From positions 5,022,001 through 5,086,000 of the forward strand of contig CM030333.1 of NCBI GenBank assembly GCA_017654855.1: 64,000 nt of DNA. The letters run 5' to 3'. The notes beneath the pieces were generated by a model. That model worked only from the letters and a program-made list of their open reading frames with translations. It did no database searches and was not told the DNA's origin. The position numbers and the translations under genes are program-made. Positions 63,826-64,000 of this stretch are shown here, one piece after another. Numbering within the stretch: the stretch's first letter is position 1; the number at the start of each line of letters is the position of its first letter. The stretch is from Podospora anserina. Taxonomy: Eukaryota.

Positions 63826-64000
63826 TTATCTCGGCCCGAGCTTCTCCAGGATTCTCGTGCCTTGCTCCTCCCACTCCTGCTTGGAAATCCACATGCTGTC
63901 CTTGTCGGCCATAATGTTGGCCAACACAGCACCACCCAAGAAAACCATGTGCCTTCTCCGCGGCGGGTCTTCTATTCTGACCTTGAACTTGTTCAACCGT
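63826..64000 (-). CDS. ARP2: 3' end of actin-related protein 2 (rest outside the window)
   Basis: Translation [57 protein letters not shown] is a typical Arp2 C-terminus. Confidence 0.93.
   Translation of the reverse strand, partial: RLNKFKVRIEDPPRRRHMVFLGGAVLANIMADKDSMWISKQEWEEQGTRILEKLGPR

Overview
Eukaryotic, intron-containing fungal genomic DNA. Short GT-AG introns with CTAAC/CTGAC branch sites and the gene repertoire point to a Sordariomycete, plausibly Sordariales/Podospora-like (inference). The window holds about 22 intact protein-coding genes plus at least one clear pseudogene. A conserved housekeeping block lies at the right end: FAT1-like acyl-CoA synthetase, PTH11-like membrane protein, ARF6, SGF29, mannose-6-phosphate isomerase, SSN3/CDK8 and the 3' end of ARP2. 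Other recognisable genes are an MBF APSES/ankyrin transcription factor, a TauD dioxygenase, an EamA transporter, an AKR7-like reductase, a LURP-one protein, a SLAC1/TDT transporter and an AA12-like PQQ dehydrogenase. An accessory-looking stretch (about 37-50 kb) contains a frameshifted 2OG-Fe(II) oxygenase pseudogene, a MICAL-like flavoprotein, a secreted Thr/Cys protein, an atypical kinase, a Cys/His papain-fold-like protein with a basic repeat tail, and a LaeA-like methyltransferase with a damaged splice site. The strongest hidden signal is the mannose-6-phosphate isomerase stop codon: it sits in the TGA-CTA readthrough context and is followed in frame by a canonical PTS1 (...SARL*), implying a cryptic peroxisomal isoform. 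I recognised no tRNA, rRNA, CRISPR array or intact transposon. All family calls come from motif recognition, not database searches.
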